The position numbers and the translations under genes are program-made. Positions 28,356 through 36,573 of a stretch of DNA of 64,000 nt are shown here, piece by piece; position 1 is the stretch's first letter, and every line of letters starts with the position of its first letter. The stretch is from sequence record OR525701.1. The stretch is one strand, 5' to 3'. This DNA comes from Escherichia phage vB-Eco-KMB38. The notes under the pieces were generated by a model. The model had not been told where the DNA came from. It saw only the letters and a list, made by a program, of their open reading frames with translations, and ran no database searches.

Positions 28356-28834
28356 TCAACAATCACAATTTCTAGTTTAGTGGAATATGTATCTAAAATC
28401 TCTTCGATGACATCCCAGTTTCCACCACCGATACCTGCACCAATTCTTGGCATATAAATTACAGGCTTTGTTATCTTATTCTTTCCGAATTCATTTAATT
28501 CTATTATACAATTCATTAAAGCAGAGTACTCAAAATTAGGTCCCGGCTCAAACTGTGTATAAAGATTAAAGCAATAAGCTTTATGGGTCTTAAAATATTT
28601 TTCATAAACTGAATAAGTCCCGAGTTTAGACTCATCTCCATATACAGTTTGAAGTTTATCGGCTTCCAGAATTTTTGGATAAGCCTTTGCTAATTGTCCT
28701 GCTACACCGGCGCCCATTGTATGAAAACAATTACACCCATGAGCAATATTATTACCTTTAGAAAACAGGGCGACAATATCGCCCTTGATATAGTTTTTAA
28801 TCACTTGCTGCAAGTCCTCTAGTATAAGAGTCAA
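28337..28834 (-). CDS. macro-domain (ADP-ribose binding/processing) protein
   Basis: NIAHGCNCFHTMGAGVAGQLAKAYP aligns to the macro N-x-x-N...GGGVxGAI loop and PRIGAGIGGGN to the second glycine loop (compare E. coli YmdB VNAANPSLMGGGGVDGAIH / FPAISTGVYGYP). Confidence 0.65.
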   Translation of the reverse strand: MTLILEDLQQVIKNYIKGDIVALFSKGNNIAHGCNCFHTMGAGVAGQLAKAYPKILEADKLQTVYGDESKLGTYSVYEKYFKTHKAYCFNLYTQFEPGPNFEYSALMNCIIELNEFGKNKITKPVIYMPRIGAGIGGGNWDVIEEILDTYSTKLEIVIVDWEPLL

Positions 28835-29144
28835 CTAGGCGGTCTACCATAGAATTGCATGCTGCCTTATCTTTAGGTTCCGCCACCGAGCATTCTAATA
28901 TTTGCCATTTTTTATGATATCGTTTAATTAAGGTAGACGCCTTGAACCTACTAGACGCCCCATCTTTTTCTCCGTCTTTATACGCATATAACAATTTTTG
29001 TGAAAAATCTACTTTACACTCTTGACTTTTACCACAATAATCAGACGCCGTTCTGTTTGTATACTCCGTTACATCAGTATATGTAGTATTAGCAAGAGCG
29101 TTAAATGAAACCAAGCCAACTATTAAAGCCAACATTTTGGTCAT
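28797..29144 (-). CDS. hypothetical secreted protein
   Basis: 115 aa with signal peptide MLALIVGLVSFNALA. Confidence 0.45.
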   Translation of the reverse strand: MTKMLALIVGLVSFNALANTTYTDVTEYTNRTASDYCGKSQECKVDFSQKLLYAYKDGEKDGASSRFKASTLIKRYHKKWQILECSVAEPKDKAACNSMVDRLVDSYTRGLAASD

Positions 29145-29683
29145 TCTTTTATTTCCAGTAGTTTATTTGATTTAAGGTAATTAGCCTTTTCTAGGACTTC
29201 AGAAGCATATTTACTTCCAGCACTTGTCTTCCATCCCGCATTGTATGAGGATATAGCTTTTCTTATATCCCCGTTATGTATATTTAACCAATAAGAAAAT
29301 TCGATATAAGCCCATCTGGTTGAATTAGACCGCTTAGATAGCATTTTCTTAATTTGGGCATCAGTCATATTATAACCAAGCTGGTTAATTCTTGCCCTCA
29401 TTGTTGGTAGATAGTTTTGGAACATTCCATACGCATGGTGACCTTTCTTATCTTTAAGATTAATACCAGCAGATGATTCCTGCCATAGTATTGCGGCCAT
29501 TATGTATCCAAGTCCTTTCTTATGCATATTTTCATGCGTTTTAAATTTTCCATCCTTAGAAAACTGCTCCCCAAACTGATAAGCATAATTCAAGTTATCG
29601 AGTTGGACATTACTAAAAGTATGCTCGGAGCTATGTGCTGATAATGAAAGAGCAAATAGACCAGCGAGTAGTGCTTTTCTCAT
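29141..29683 (-). CDS. periplasmic lytic transglycosylase-like protein (SLT domain)
   Basis: Signal peptide then WQESSAGINL...YGMFQ, the SLT catalytic E-S...GxxQ pattern. Confidence 0.6.
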   Translation of the reverse strand: MRKALLAGLFALSLSAHSSEHTFSNVQLDNLNYAYQFGEQFSKDGKFKTHENMHKKGLGYIMAAILWQESSAGINLKDKKGHHAYGMFQNYLPTMRARINQLGYNMTDAQIKKMLSKRSNSTRWAYIEFSYWLNIHNGDIRKAISSYNAGWKTSAGSKYASEVLEKANYLKSNKLLEIKE

Positions 29684-29691
29684 GTTTACCT

Positions 29692-30150
29692 CTAGATTTT
29701 AATCACTGCTTTAGAAGCTTTTCCTGGTAGTCGTTTACTGTTAATAATAGCCATTCTGCATTGAAGAGTCTTCATTTTGAACGCTGGATTTTCGCGACAA
29801 ACTGTAAGTCCTAACCAAAGATTTCCATCAGTTATTTCTAAACGGCCCGGGCGATATTCGACACCTTCGACAAAATCTTCATCAACATCTGGACGTGCCG
29901 GCATTGATAAAAATTCTGCAACTTCTTTAACATGATTTTTTACTTTACGAAATAATTCAAAAACGTAATTCTCATCTATTTCTCTCTGGATGGCACGATC
30001 TAAGAGATGTTGAGAATACTTGATATGAAAGCCGGGTAGCCCAAGAGACTTTGCAGCATCTTTTATACCGGCATTTATTTTGCGGAACTCCGTTTCAAAG
30101 ATTCGACGGAGTTTATTACGGCGGATAAAAACGTCTGAATTGATAGTCAT
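29692..30150 (-). CDS. regB: RegB endoribonuclease
   Basis: MTINSDVFIRRNKLRRIFETEFRKIN...RLPGKASKAVIKI, close to T4 RegB; start at the MTIN Met. Confidence 0.85.
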   Translation of the reverse strand: MTINSDVFIRRNKLRRIFETEFRKINAGIKDAAKSLGLPGFHIKYSQHLLDRAIQREIDENYVFELFRKVKNHVKEVAEFLSMPARPDVDEDFVEGVEYRPGRLEITDGNLWLGLTVCRENPAFKMKTLQCRMAIINSKRLPGKASKAVIKI

Positions 30151-30178
30151 TTTGATTTCTCCTCTAGTTGACATGTCT

Positions 30179-30207
30179 ATAGTAACACAACTAGAGGAGA
30201 AGTAAAC
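30179..30207 (-). promoter_or_regulatory. sigma70-type early promoter
   Basis: GTTTAC-ttctcctctagttgtgt-TACTAT on the minus strand upstream of regB. Confidence 0.45.
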
Positions 30208-30211
30208 TACT

Positions 30212-30427
30212 TTATTGATAAAATGGAGTTAAAGCCCAAGATTCTTTAGATACCATATTGGCGAAATGCCTCATCTCTTCGATTTGGCGACGACGTTGGT
30301 CAGCATAGTCTTCTTCGCCTTCTTCCTTACAATCTTCAAGGTCTTCTTCAAGATACTTTAAGTATTCACTACAAATTTTGTTGACTTTTTCTTGAAAGTC
30401 CAATAACCCGGTAATAGTAGAAGCCAT
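30212..30427 (-). CDS. hypothetical protein
   Basis: 71 aa acidic ORF. Confidence 0.45.
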   Translation of the reverse strand: MASTITGLLDFQEKVNKICSEYLKYLEEDLEDCKEEGEEDYADQRRRQIEEMRHFANMVSKESWALTPFYQ

Positions 30428-30693
30428 TAGTATTTTTCCTCAGGTCGAAATACTGCACGGCATGCCCACATACTAGCTTCTTTTAGATGTTGCTTAGCAT
30501 ACTTAAGAGCCTGCACTGCATCCATATCTTCTTTGGTTTGTTGCTCTGTTTCGTTTTCTTTCAAGATATATGCTTCTTCAATCAGAGCATCAAACATCAA
30601 TCCAAGACGGACTTCAGCATCTTTGATAGCGTTCACTTTATTGATTTTATCGTCGGTATGCGGCTTGTAGCCTTTGATGTCTTCAATCGACAT
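30427..30693 (-). CDS. hypothetical protein
   Basis: Start at MSIEDIKGY ATG with gaggaaatt SD. Confidence 0.45.
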   Translation of the reverse strand: MSIEDIKGYKPHTDDKINKVNAIKDAEVRLGLMFDALIEEAYILKENETEQQTKEDMDAVQALKYAKQHLKEASMWACRAVFRPEEKY

Positions 30694-30907
30694 AAGGAAT
30701 TTCCTCATCGGTGGCAAGGTCATATTCGACCAATTGGATAGGCTCGTTAATACCATATCCACGTACAGTGATATCAGTTGTCGGATAGTTTCCAGTAATA
30801 TCACCCATTCTAAATGCTTCAATGAATGATTGCTCGCCTGAGCAACTAAACCAGGCGGCAAAACATTTTAAAACATCTTCAGACCCTTCTATAATCAATT
30901 TAGCCAT
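30683..30907 (-). CDS. hypothetical protein
   Basis: 74 aa ORF. Confidence 0.45.
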   Translation of the reverse strand: MAKLIIEGSEDVLKCFAAWFSCSGEQSFIEAFRMGDITGNYPTTDITVRGYGINEPIQLVEYDLATDEEIPYVD

Positions 30908-31269
30908 TATAGACTCTCGGTAAAGGTACGAGCGATAACGTCGCGCTGCTGTTCCGGAGTCAGAGAGTTAAAGCGAACTGCATAACCGGATACACGGATG
31001 GTCAGCTGCGGATATTTTTCTGGATGCTTAACTGCATCTTCCAGAGTTTCACGACGCAGAACGTTAACGTTCAGGTGTTGACCACCTTCAATTTTAACTT
31101 TAGGTTGATGTTCAATTTCAATTTCACGAGCATTCAAACCGTAGAAAATTTCCGGGTCTACAATAGCGTCTTCTTTAAAAGTCTTAGAGACAATAATCCG
31201 GGCTTGAGTACCGTCTTCAAAATAAATAGTGCCTTTATGTTCACCTTCAAGAATTTGATATGCTTTCAT
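30907..31269 (-). CDS. autonomous glycyl radical cofactor (GrcA/YfiD-like)
   Basis: C-terminus [33 protein letters not shown] is essentially the E. coli GrcA tail including the RVSGY glycine-radical motif. Confidence 0.8.
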   Translation of the reverse strand: MKAYQILEGEHKGTIYFEDGTQARIIVSKTFKEDAIVDPEIFYGLNAREIEIEHQPKVKIEGGQHLNVNVLRRETLEDAVKHPEKYPQLTIRVSGYAVRFNSLTPEQQRDVIARTFTESL

Positions 31270-31275
31270 ATAACC

Positions 31276-31584
31276 TCAATTAGAAAATAAATTTATCCAA
31301 GATTTTTCTTTAATCAAAAATGGGTCGGAATTAAACGCCATTAAACTTTGAGTGATTAATCCCTTAAATGGCCCATCAATAAATTCCATTTTGAAATGCG
31401 GAATACTAGTCATCAACCGTGCATTAGGAGCAGTACAAAGAACCTGCTGCCCTGCGAACGGACCTTTAGTCAAACGATATCGTTTAGGTTTAAAATGGTA
31501 AATCTCATAATTTTCTACAAGGGCCCTTTTATTGCATACTGGGCTATTATAACAATACTCAAAAACTTCAATAGTGGTCATCAT
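31276..31584 (-). CDS. hypothetical protein
   Basis: 102 aa ORF. Confidence 0.5.
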   Translation of the reverse strand: MMTTIEVFEYCYNSPVCNKRALVENYEIYHFKPKRYRLTKGPFAGQQVLCTAPNARLMTSIPHFKMEFIDGPFKGLITQSLMAFNSDPFLIKEKSWINLFSN

Positions 31585-32120
31585 TGCATTCCAATCACAA
31601 AAAATTGAGGACGAGCATTACCGCCGATGCAATATTTGCTTTTGCAACAGTGTTGGACTGTTTTAATATGGATGTCGTAAATCTTATCCATATCAGGAGC
31701 TTTAATAGGCTCGTCAATTATATACAGAATACGAGAAAGCGTTAATCCACGGAATTTATGTCCTTCATTACCAATAAAACTACGGACAGAATCAGTAAAT
31801 AAACGGAATCGAATATCGTCGCTAGAATAACGAGAAAATTCTTTTTTAATGTTGCCAACAGAAATTTTAGCATAAGCTGAAGTATTAGAAAGAACAATAA
31901 CTGTTCCACCATCATATAGCCAATTAACAGCAAAATTAGTTACTGCGGTCGATTTACCTGATTGTCTGCCGCCGTCTAAACGAAGTGTACAGTACTGCTT
32001 GAGTACGTCTTCAAATGGTGGGGCATAACCGTTCTTACAAATTTCTTCTACTCTAGCATCAGAATGGTGTGTAAAAGCATTCATCAGGGATAGATAAGGT
32101 CCGGTTAAAAATGTTCTCAT
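31581..32120 (-). CDS. small P-loop NTPase-like protein
   Basis: GGRQSGKST Walker A and ILYIIDE Walker B-like strand. Confidence 0.55.
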   Translation of the reverse strand: MRTFLTGPYLSLMNAFTHHSDARVEEICKNGYAPPFEDVLKQYCTLRLDGGRQSGKSTAVTNFAVNWLYDGGTVIVLSNTSAYAKISVGNIKKEFSRYSSDDIRFRLFTDSVRSFIGNEGHKFRGLTLSRILYIIDEPIKAPDMDKIYDIHIKTVQHCCKSKYCIGGNARPQFFVIGMQ

Positions 32121-32292
32121 TTAGTTTCTCTTAAGGTTGGGGCCGTTCCGTGGCACATGTTAGGTCCTTCGACTCGCTATGTAAACCCATTACCGCATTG
32201 CGCTCGACCTTATTACAGGTTGGAAAAGGTACATCACTCAGAGGACTCGACGTTCATGAGGAGAGGTTGCGTTTCCCTTTATTAGGCAAGAA

Positions 32293-32622
32293 TTATACTC
32301 TAGGCTTTTGAGCTTGTTTGGTATTGGATTCCCATGCAGCTTTGGTAATTTTGTTAGCGGCATAACCAAAGGCATTAGATAGAACACCTTTAGAGTTGAA
32401 TACATCCAATCCAATAAGTACACCGGCTGTGTTAAATTTAGGAGCAAAGTACGCATTAGTTTTAGAAAGAGCTTTTTTCAATTCAGGGTCTTGAACCAAA
32501 CCATCAAAAACGCCTTTACTATTTACTTTATATGTTACTTTGGGATTTTTACCTTCTTCGATAGCAGCTTTCTGTTCCGCAGATAATGTAACTTCAGTGA
32601 TAAACTCTTGATACGTTTTCAT
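32293..32622 (-). CDS. internal protein (capsid-targeted, CTS MKTYQEFITE)
   Basis: N-terminus matches the T4 internal-protein capsid targeting sequence consensus MKTYQEFIAE. Confidence 0.65.
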   Translation of the reverse strand: MKTYQEFITEVTLSAEQKAAIEEGKNPKVTYKVNSKGVFDGLVQDPELKKALSKTNAYFAPKFNTAGVLIGLDVFNSKGVLSNAFGYAANKITKAAWESNTKQAQKPRV

Positions 32623-32647
32623 TTTGTTCCTATTGTTTTAATTTATG

Positions 32648-32962
32648 TTATTCTTTAGGGAAGTTTTTAGAGTATGCATCATAAAGTTTATTACCAATAC
32701 GACGGAAGACTTTAGCTGCAAAACGGTTTTCAGGGTTTTTAATCATGATTTGCATCATGTAAGTTCCTGCATCCGAAAGAGCTTCTTCATAGTACCCATT
32801 AATTTCTTTAAGAGTCCTACGTTTACCGCCAGGACCATCAACAGTAATTTTCCATTTACCTGTAGAAGTGCGGCTCGGTGGTTCAACTTGTTCAATCCAA
32901 ATATAACCGCCTTCAACGCGTTGGTTGGCGGATTCTGCAATAAATTCTTTATACGTTTTCAT
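32648..32962 (-). CDS. internal protein (CTS MKTYKEFIAE)
   Basis: CTS at N-terminus; body unrelated to neighbouring IP. Confidence 0.65.
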   Translation of the reverse strand: MKTYKEFIAESANQRVEGGYIWIEQVEPPSRTSTGKWKITVDGPGGKRRTLKEINGYYEEALSDAGTYMMQIMIKNPENRFAAKVFRRIGNKLYDAYSKNFPKE

Positions 32963-33025
32963 TTTTGTTTCCTTGTTTGTTTTGATAGAGCAATTATACC
33001 ATATTAATACTTAAGCGTAAACCGT

Positions 33026-33286
33026 TTAAGCTTTACCGCCAGAAATAATTCCGAAGTTGTTAAAATCATATCCAATATCGCCAACGTCTACTTTAGGGCT
33101 TGCTACAACATAAGCAATTTCACTACGTTTTGCATAGGTGTTGATTTCTTTACCATCGCCACCTAAGAAAGAATATCCATTACGTTTTAACGAGCCAAAG
33201 TCTTCCGCATCACCAATGAAAGCTTTAACTTTAAATTTAGGACCTTTGGCATCTGCTTCAAAGATAAATTCTTGATACATTTTCAT
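33026..33286 (-). CDS. internal protein-like (CTS MKMYQEFIFE)
   Basis: CTS-like N-terminus. Confidence 0.6.
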   Translation of the reverse strand: MKMYQEFIFEADAKGPKFKVKAFIGDAEDFGSLKRNGYSFLGGDGKEINTYAKRSEIAYVVASPKVDVGDIGYDFNNFGIISGGKA

Positions 33287-33292
33287 TTTTCC

Positions 33293-33706
33293 TTAGTAAA
33301 TTGATTTACCATAGTATTTGTACCAAGTCGGACGTTGAGCAATTTTTTCATCTAAGCGTGCTTGACTTATCGCAATGGACGCTTCGGACGGGACATAATT
33401 ATTACGAAATTCGGCAGGTATGTCGGAAATATCCTGGACCGTCGTGTCCTTTATTTTGAAACCGCGTTTCAAACATTCAGCGATTAGCTCGATTTGACGT
33501 AAACGTAAAAATTCGAGTTTGTCGTAAAAGAATGTTACGTGACCTGTGCCTAAGATAAATGTTGGAGAGATTTTAAAATCCTTTACACGTTTACCATTTT
33601 GGACATGTTTACGGACTGCACCAAATACGCGTGGTAATTCACGATACTCAGCCATAAGATGTTGGTCGGTCAGTTCAGAAACAAGTGTTAAATTGATACG
33701 AGTCAT
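33293..33706 (-). CDS. denV: endonuclease V (pyrimidine dimer DNA glycosylase)
   Basis: [35 protein letters not shown]...[13 protein letters not shown], near-identical to T4 DenV. Confidence 0.9.
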   Translation of the reverse strand: MTRINLTLVSELTDQHLMAEYRELPRVFGAVRKHVQNGKRVKDFKISPTFILGTGHVTFFYDKLEFLRLRQIELIAECLKRGFKIKDTTVQDISDIPAEFRNNYVPSEASIAISQARLDEKIAQRPTWYKYYGKSIY

Positions 33707-33733
33707 AATTTCCTCCAAGTAGTTGATGAATGT

Positions 33734-33763
33734 ATAGTATCAAAACCCTTGGAGGAAGTAAAC
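33734..33763 (-). promoter_or_regulatory. sigma70-type early promoter
   Basis: GTTTAC-N18-TACTAT on minus strand upstream of denV. Confidence 0.4.
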
Positions 33764-33764
33764 A

Positions 33765-34046
33765 CTATTTTTCTGAAGCGCCTGAAATATATTTTTCAAG
33801 ACGTTGTTTCATCAGCGAGCCGTTCTTAGCGATTTCTTCCGGTTTATCGCACATACGCAACAAGGCTTCAAGCTTAACGATATCACTGGTGCGCTCAAAT
33901 TTGCGAGTATCTATCTTACTAGCAAGTTCAGAAATACGTGCTAATAGACTTTCAGCTTCAACCAAAGCTGCACCTAGCTTAGTTGCAAATGTGTCAGTAG
34001 CTTCGTTAAGAATAGATTCTGATAAAAATTCACTATATGTTTTCAT
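33765..34046 (-). CDS. internal protein-like ([13 protein letters not shown])
   Basis: Start set at the MKTYSEFL Met; helical body. Confidence 0.6.
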   Translation of the reverse strand: MKTYSEFLSESILNEATDTFATKLGAALVEAESLLARISELASKIDTRKFERTSDIVKLEALLRMCDKPEEIAKNGSLMKQRLEKYISGASEK

Positions 34047-34531
34047 ATATACGCTTTCCAAGTTCCTGTTTTAAATGTTGATATTACGCGTTTCGCGCGA
34101 TTGGGTGTCTGACGATACCATTTAGATTGGGCTAGATTTACTGCCGCTTCGTCCCAACGTTTCTGTTGAAGCATACGAAGAGAATTAGTAAAACCGGCGA
34201 CGCCTGCTACACCCATTTGGAAGACCATATTGACCAATGCACAACGACGAACCGCATCTAAAGAATCGTATACCGGTTTAAGTTTAGCATTACCCAAGAT
34301 TCCGCGAACGGCTTTATCAACGTCTTCATTAAATAGCTTTTCAGCCTCATCAAGGGTAATTGGACCGTTGCATTTACGGCCGATCATTCTGTCAAGTTCA
34401 GCTTTAGCTACGGCTAAAGATGGGTTCTTTGTTACTAAATGGCCTATGCCAATCGTCCAAAAGCCTTCAGTGTCTTTGTATAAAGTCAGTCTAAGACCTT
34501 CGTCATTACGAAGCATTTCAAATATATTCAT
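34043..34531 (-). CDS. e: lysozyme (endolysin) e
   Basis: [32 protein letters not shown]..., close to T4 lysozyme; ggaggtatt SD. Confidence 0.9.
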   Translation of the reverse strand: MNIFEMLRNDEGLRLTLYKDTEGFWTIGIGHLVTKNPSLAVAKAELDRMIGRKCNGPITLDEAEKLFNEDVDKAVRGILGNAKLKPVYDSLDAVRRCALVNMVFQMGVAGVAGFTNSLRMLQQKRWDEAAVNLAQSKWYRQTPNRAKRVISTFKTGTWKAYI

Positions 34532-34565
34532 AATACCTCCCACGTTTATAGGAGGTATTTATTAC

Positions 34566-35024
34566 TTATAGGAGGGTAGTGAGCACCTTATATAATGATT
34601 TGCCCATTACATATTCCCATTGAGAAGGTTTAATTAAAGCGAATGCATCAAATTCAGGAATCTGACGTCCGTCCGGGAATGTATGATAGGAATTACAAAC
34701 ACTATTTCTGAATTGCTCGTGCTCTACAGGGATGGTATATAGGAACAGGTGAATATTCTTATTGTCTGAGTAATGATGTTCACCTAGGTCTTTCAGGAAG
34801 GCAGGGTCATATTGTGTAAACCCAGTTTCTTCTTCGCATTCACGAATAGCGGCTTCGATAGGAGATTCGCCGGGCTCGACACGACCTTTAGGAATATCCC
34901 ACCGATGAGCTAAAGAACCTTTAGGACGAGAACCAGTTACACGCCCCATGAATAATTCTTTATCTTCGGTAAGGAAAATAATACCAGCTGATAGTTCTTT
35001 CACTTTATTTTTCTTACTCATCAT
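34566..35024 (-). CDS. nudE: Nudix hydrolase NudE
   Basis: Nudix box GRVEPGESPIEAAIRECEEETG; start at ATG overlapping upstream stop (ATGA). Confidence 0.75.
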   Translation of the reverse strand: MMSKKNKVKELSAGIIFLTEDKELFMGRVTGSRPKGSLAHRWDIPKGRVEPGESPIEAAIRECEEETGFTQYDPAFLKDLGEHHYSDNKNIHLFLYTIPVEHEQFRNSVCNSYHTFPDGRQIPEFDAFALIKPSQWEYVMGKSLYKVLTTLL

Positions 35025-35512
35025 CTCAAATTCCTGCATTCAGTAATAAAACGTTCAACTTCATTATTCTTGGCCTTTATCTTGGCTTTATGTTCTTGTA
35101 AACTACTTTTAATAAGATTAATAATGATGGCGGCGGTACCGCCGCCAATGATGCCACCAACACCACTTATGATACTAGATGCTAATAAGATAGCAATAAT
35201 ATCAACAAAACCGAAAGAACTCACCTTAGTACTGAAAAACCATATAGACGGTGCAAATATAATCCATCCTGTTATCCATTGACACTTATTGAAAAACTTT
35301 TCAAGCTCAGCTTGAGTTGTTCGTATTACTTCATCGATAGGTTGATATCCATTAATGTATCTGTTCACGATAATACCTGCTGGCTGGTCGATTTTAAATG
35401 CTTGACAATGGCGTTTCACTAAGTATGATGGACATCCTGTCCAATCTATAGAATAATATGAAATACCTTCGTCGCCATCGTCCATGTTTGTCCAGTGAAT
35501 TTTATGTATCAT
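35021..35512 (-). CDS. hypothetical membrane protein, C-terminal FITECR motif
   Basis: 163 aa, glycine-rich TM segment, ends ERFITECRNLR. Confidence 0.5.
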   Translation of the reverse strand: MIHKIHWTNMDDGDEGISYYSIDWTGCPSYLVKRHCQAFKIDQPAGIIVNRYINGYQPIDEVIRTTQAELEKFFNKCQWITGWIIFAPSIWFFSTKVSSFGFVDIIAILLASSIISGVGGIIGGGTAAIIINLIKSSLQEHKAKIKAKNNEVERFITECRNLR

Positions 35513-36198
35513 TACCAGCCTTCCATAGGGAATTCCAGATAAACTTGGGCGTTGACACGAATTTCATTGGTAATCTTTTTAACTCGGTCTGTATTACGAG
35601 ATACACGTCCGAACCAACGCCATCCATTACTAATTGCACGAGAACCAGTGTGCCATGTTTGCCAATCAAACTGAAGAAGAGTACGATCTGGAGCTTCCCA
35701 TTTCTCTAGTTCGCCTTTTTCGATTTTTTCGAGGACTTCTTTGTGCCACTGGCGATAGATAAGTTCGCCATCAGGAATCTGACTGAACTCTGCAGTTCCT
35801 GTTGCAAAATGAGTAGGACACACATCAGCGTTAACAAGACCAAGAATATGTTCAGAATGGTAACGAGGGTTGTCATAATCAGGTTGTCCTGCAGTAATAA
35901 AGTGTTGACCTACCGGAATATCAGGGCGTGGTACATCGTCATGGTGATAACCTGGGATAGCAGGGTACCAACCAGGCATCAGCATGTGGACTCGTGAATC
36001 AAATACAACCTGGTCGGTGTTCCAATCATCAGGCAAGTTCATGATGAAGCTGCGAGTAATAGGACCGCCGTTATTATAAGCAAATTCTAAACTACAGTTA
36101 AAGAACATAGGCTCGTTCTTGATTTTATCATTAGAAATACCGCCGGCAAAACCACCTACTGCACGAGCTTGACTATTAAACACTTTAGAACTATTCAT
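35512..36198 (-). CDS. hypothetical protein
   Basis: 228 aa ORF, W/H-rich. Confidence 0.5.
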   Translation of the reverse strand: MNSSKVFNSQARAVGGFAGGISNDKIKNEPMFFNCSLEFAYNNGGPITRSFIMNLPDDWNTDQVVFDSRVHMLMPGWYPAIPGYHHDDVPRPDIPVGQHFITAGQPDYDNPRYHSEHILGLVNADVCPTHFATGTAEFSQIPDGELIYRQWHKEVLEKIEKGELEKWEAPDRTLLQFDWQTWHTGSRAISNGWRWFGRVSRNTDRVKKITNEIRVNAQVYLEFPMEGW

Positions 36199-36199
36199 A

Positions 36200-36505
36200 T
36201 TATTTTCCTCGACATTCTTTAATGAAATTTTCTAGATTGGTAGATTCAATAGCTTTTTTACGAGCTTCTGCGTGTTCTTCTTCAGACAATTTACGTTTAT
36301 AATTGACCCAGACATTATGGTCGAAACCAGTCGTGGCATATAATATCAATGCTCCAACGAATAGCAAAAACGGCGATAAGAATACAAAACCAGGAACACC
36401 ATCCATATCGTAAGCCTTTTGTAATACTGCAACAGAAAGAGCTACGTAAAAAGGTGATGCAAGTATTGTTAAAAGACCAATTCGGTTGGTTTCTGTTAAT
36501 TTCAT
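36200..36505 (-). CDS. hypothetical membrane protein, C-terminal FIKECR motif
   Basis: 101 aa, two TM helices, ends LENFIKECRGK. Confidence 0.5.
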   Translation of the reverse strand: MKLTETNRIGLLTILASPFYVALSVAVLQKAYDMDGVPGFVFLSPFLLFVGALILYATTGFDHNVWVNYKRKLSEEEHAEARKKAIESTNLENFIKECRGK

Positions 36506-36531
36506 AATATTCTCCTCAAGTTGATAGGACT

Positions 36532-36561
36532 ACTATAACATAGTCCTATAATTGTGTAAAC
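36532..36561 (-). promoter_or_regulatory. sigma70-type early promoter with inverted repeat around -10
   Basis: GTTTAC-N18-TATAGT; arms ataggacta/tagtcctat flank the -10. Confidence 0.5.
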
Positions 36562-36573
36562 AGTTTTGTGAAG

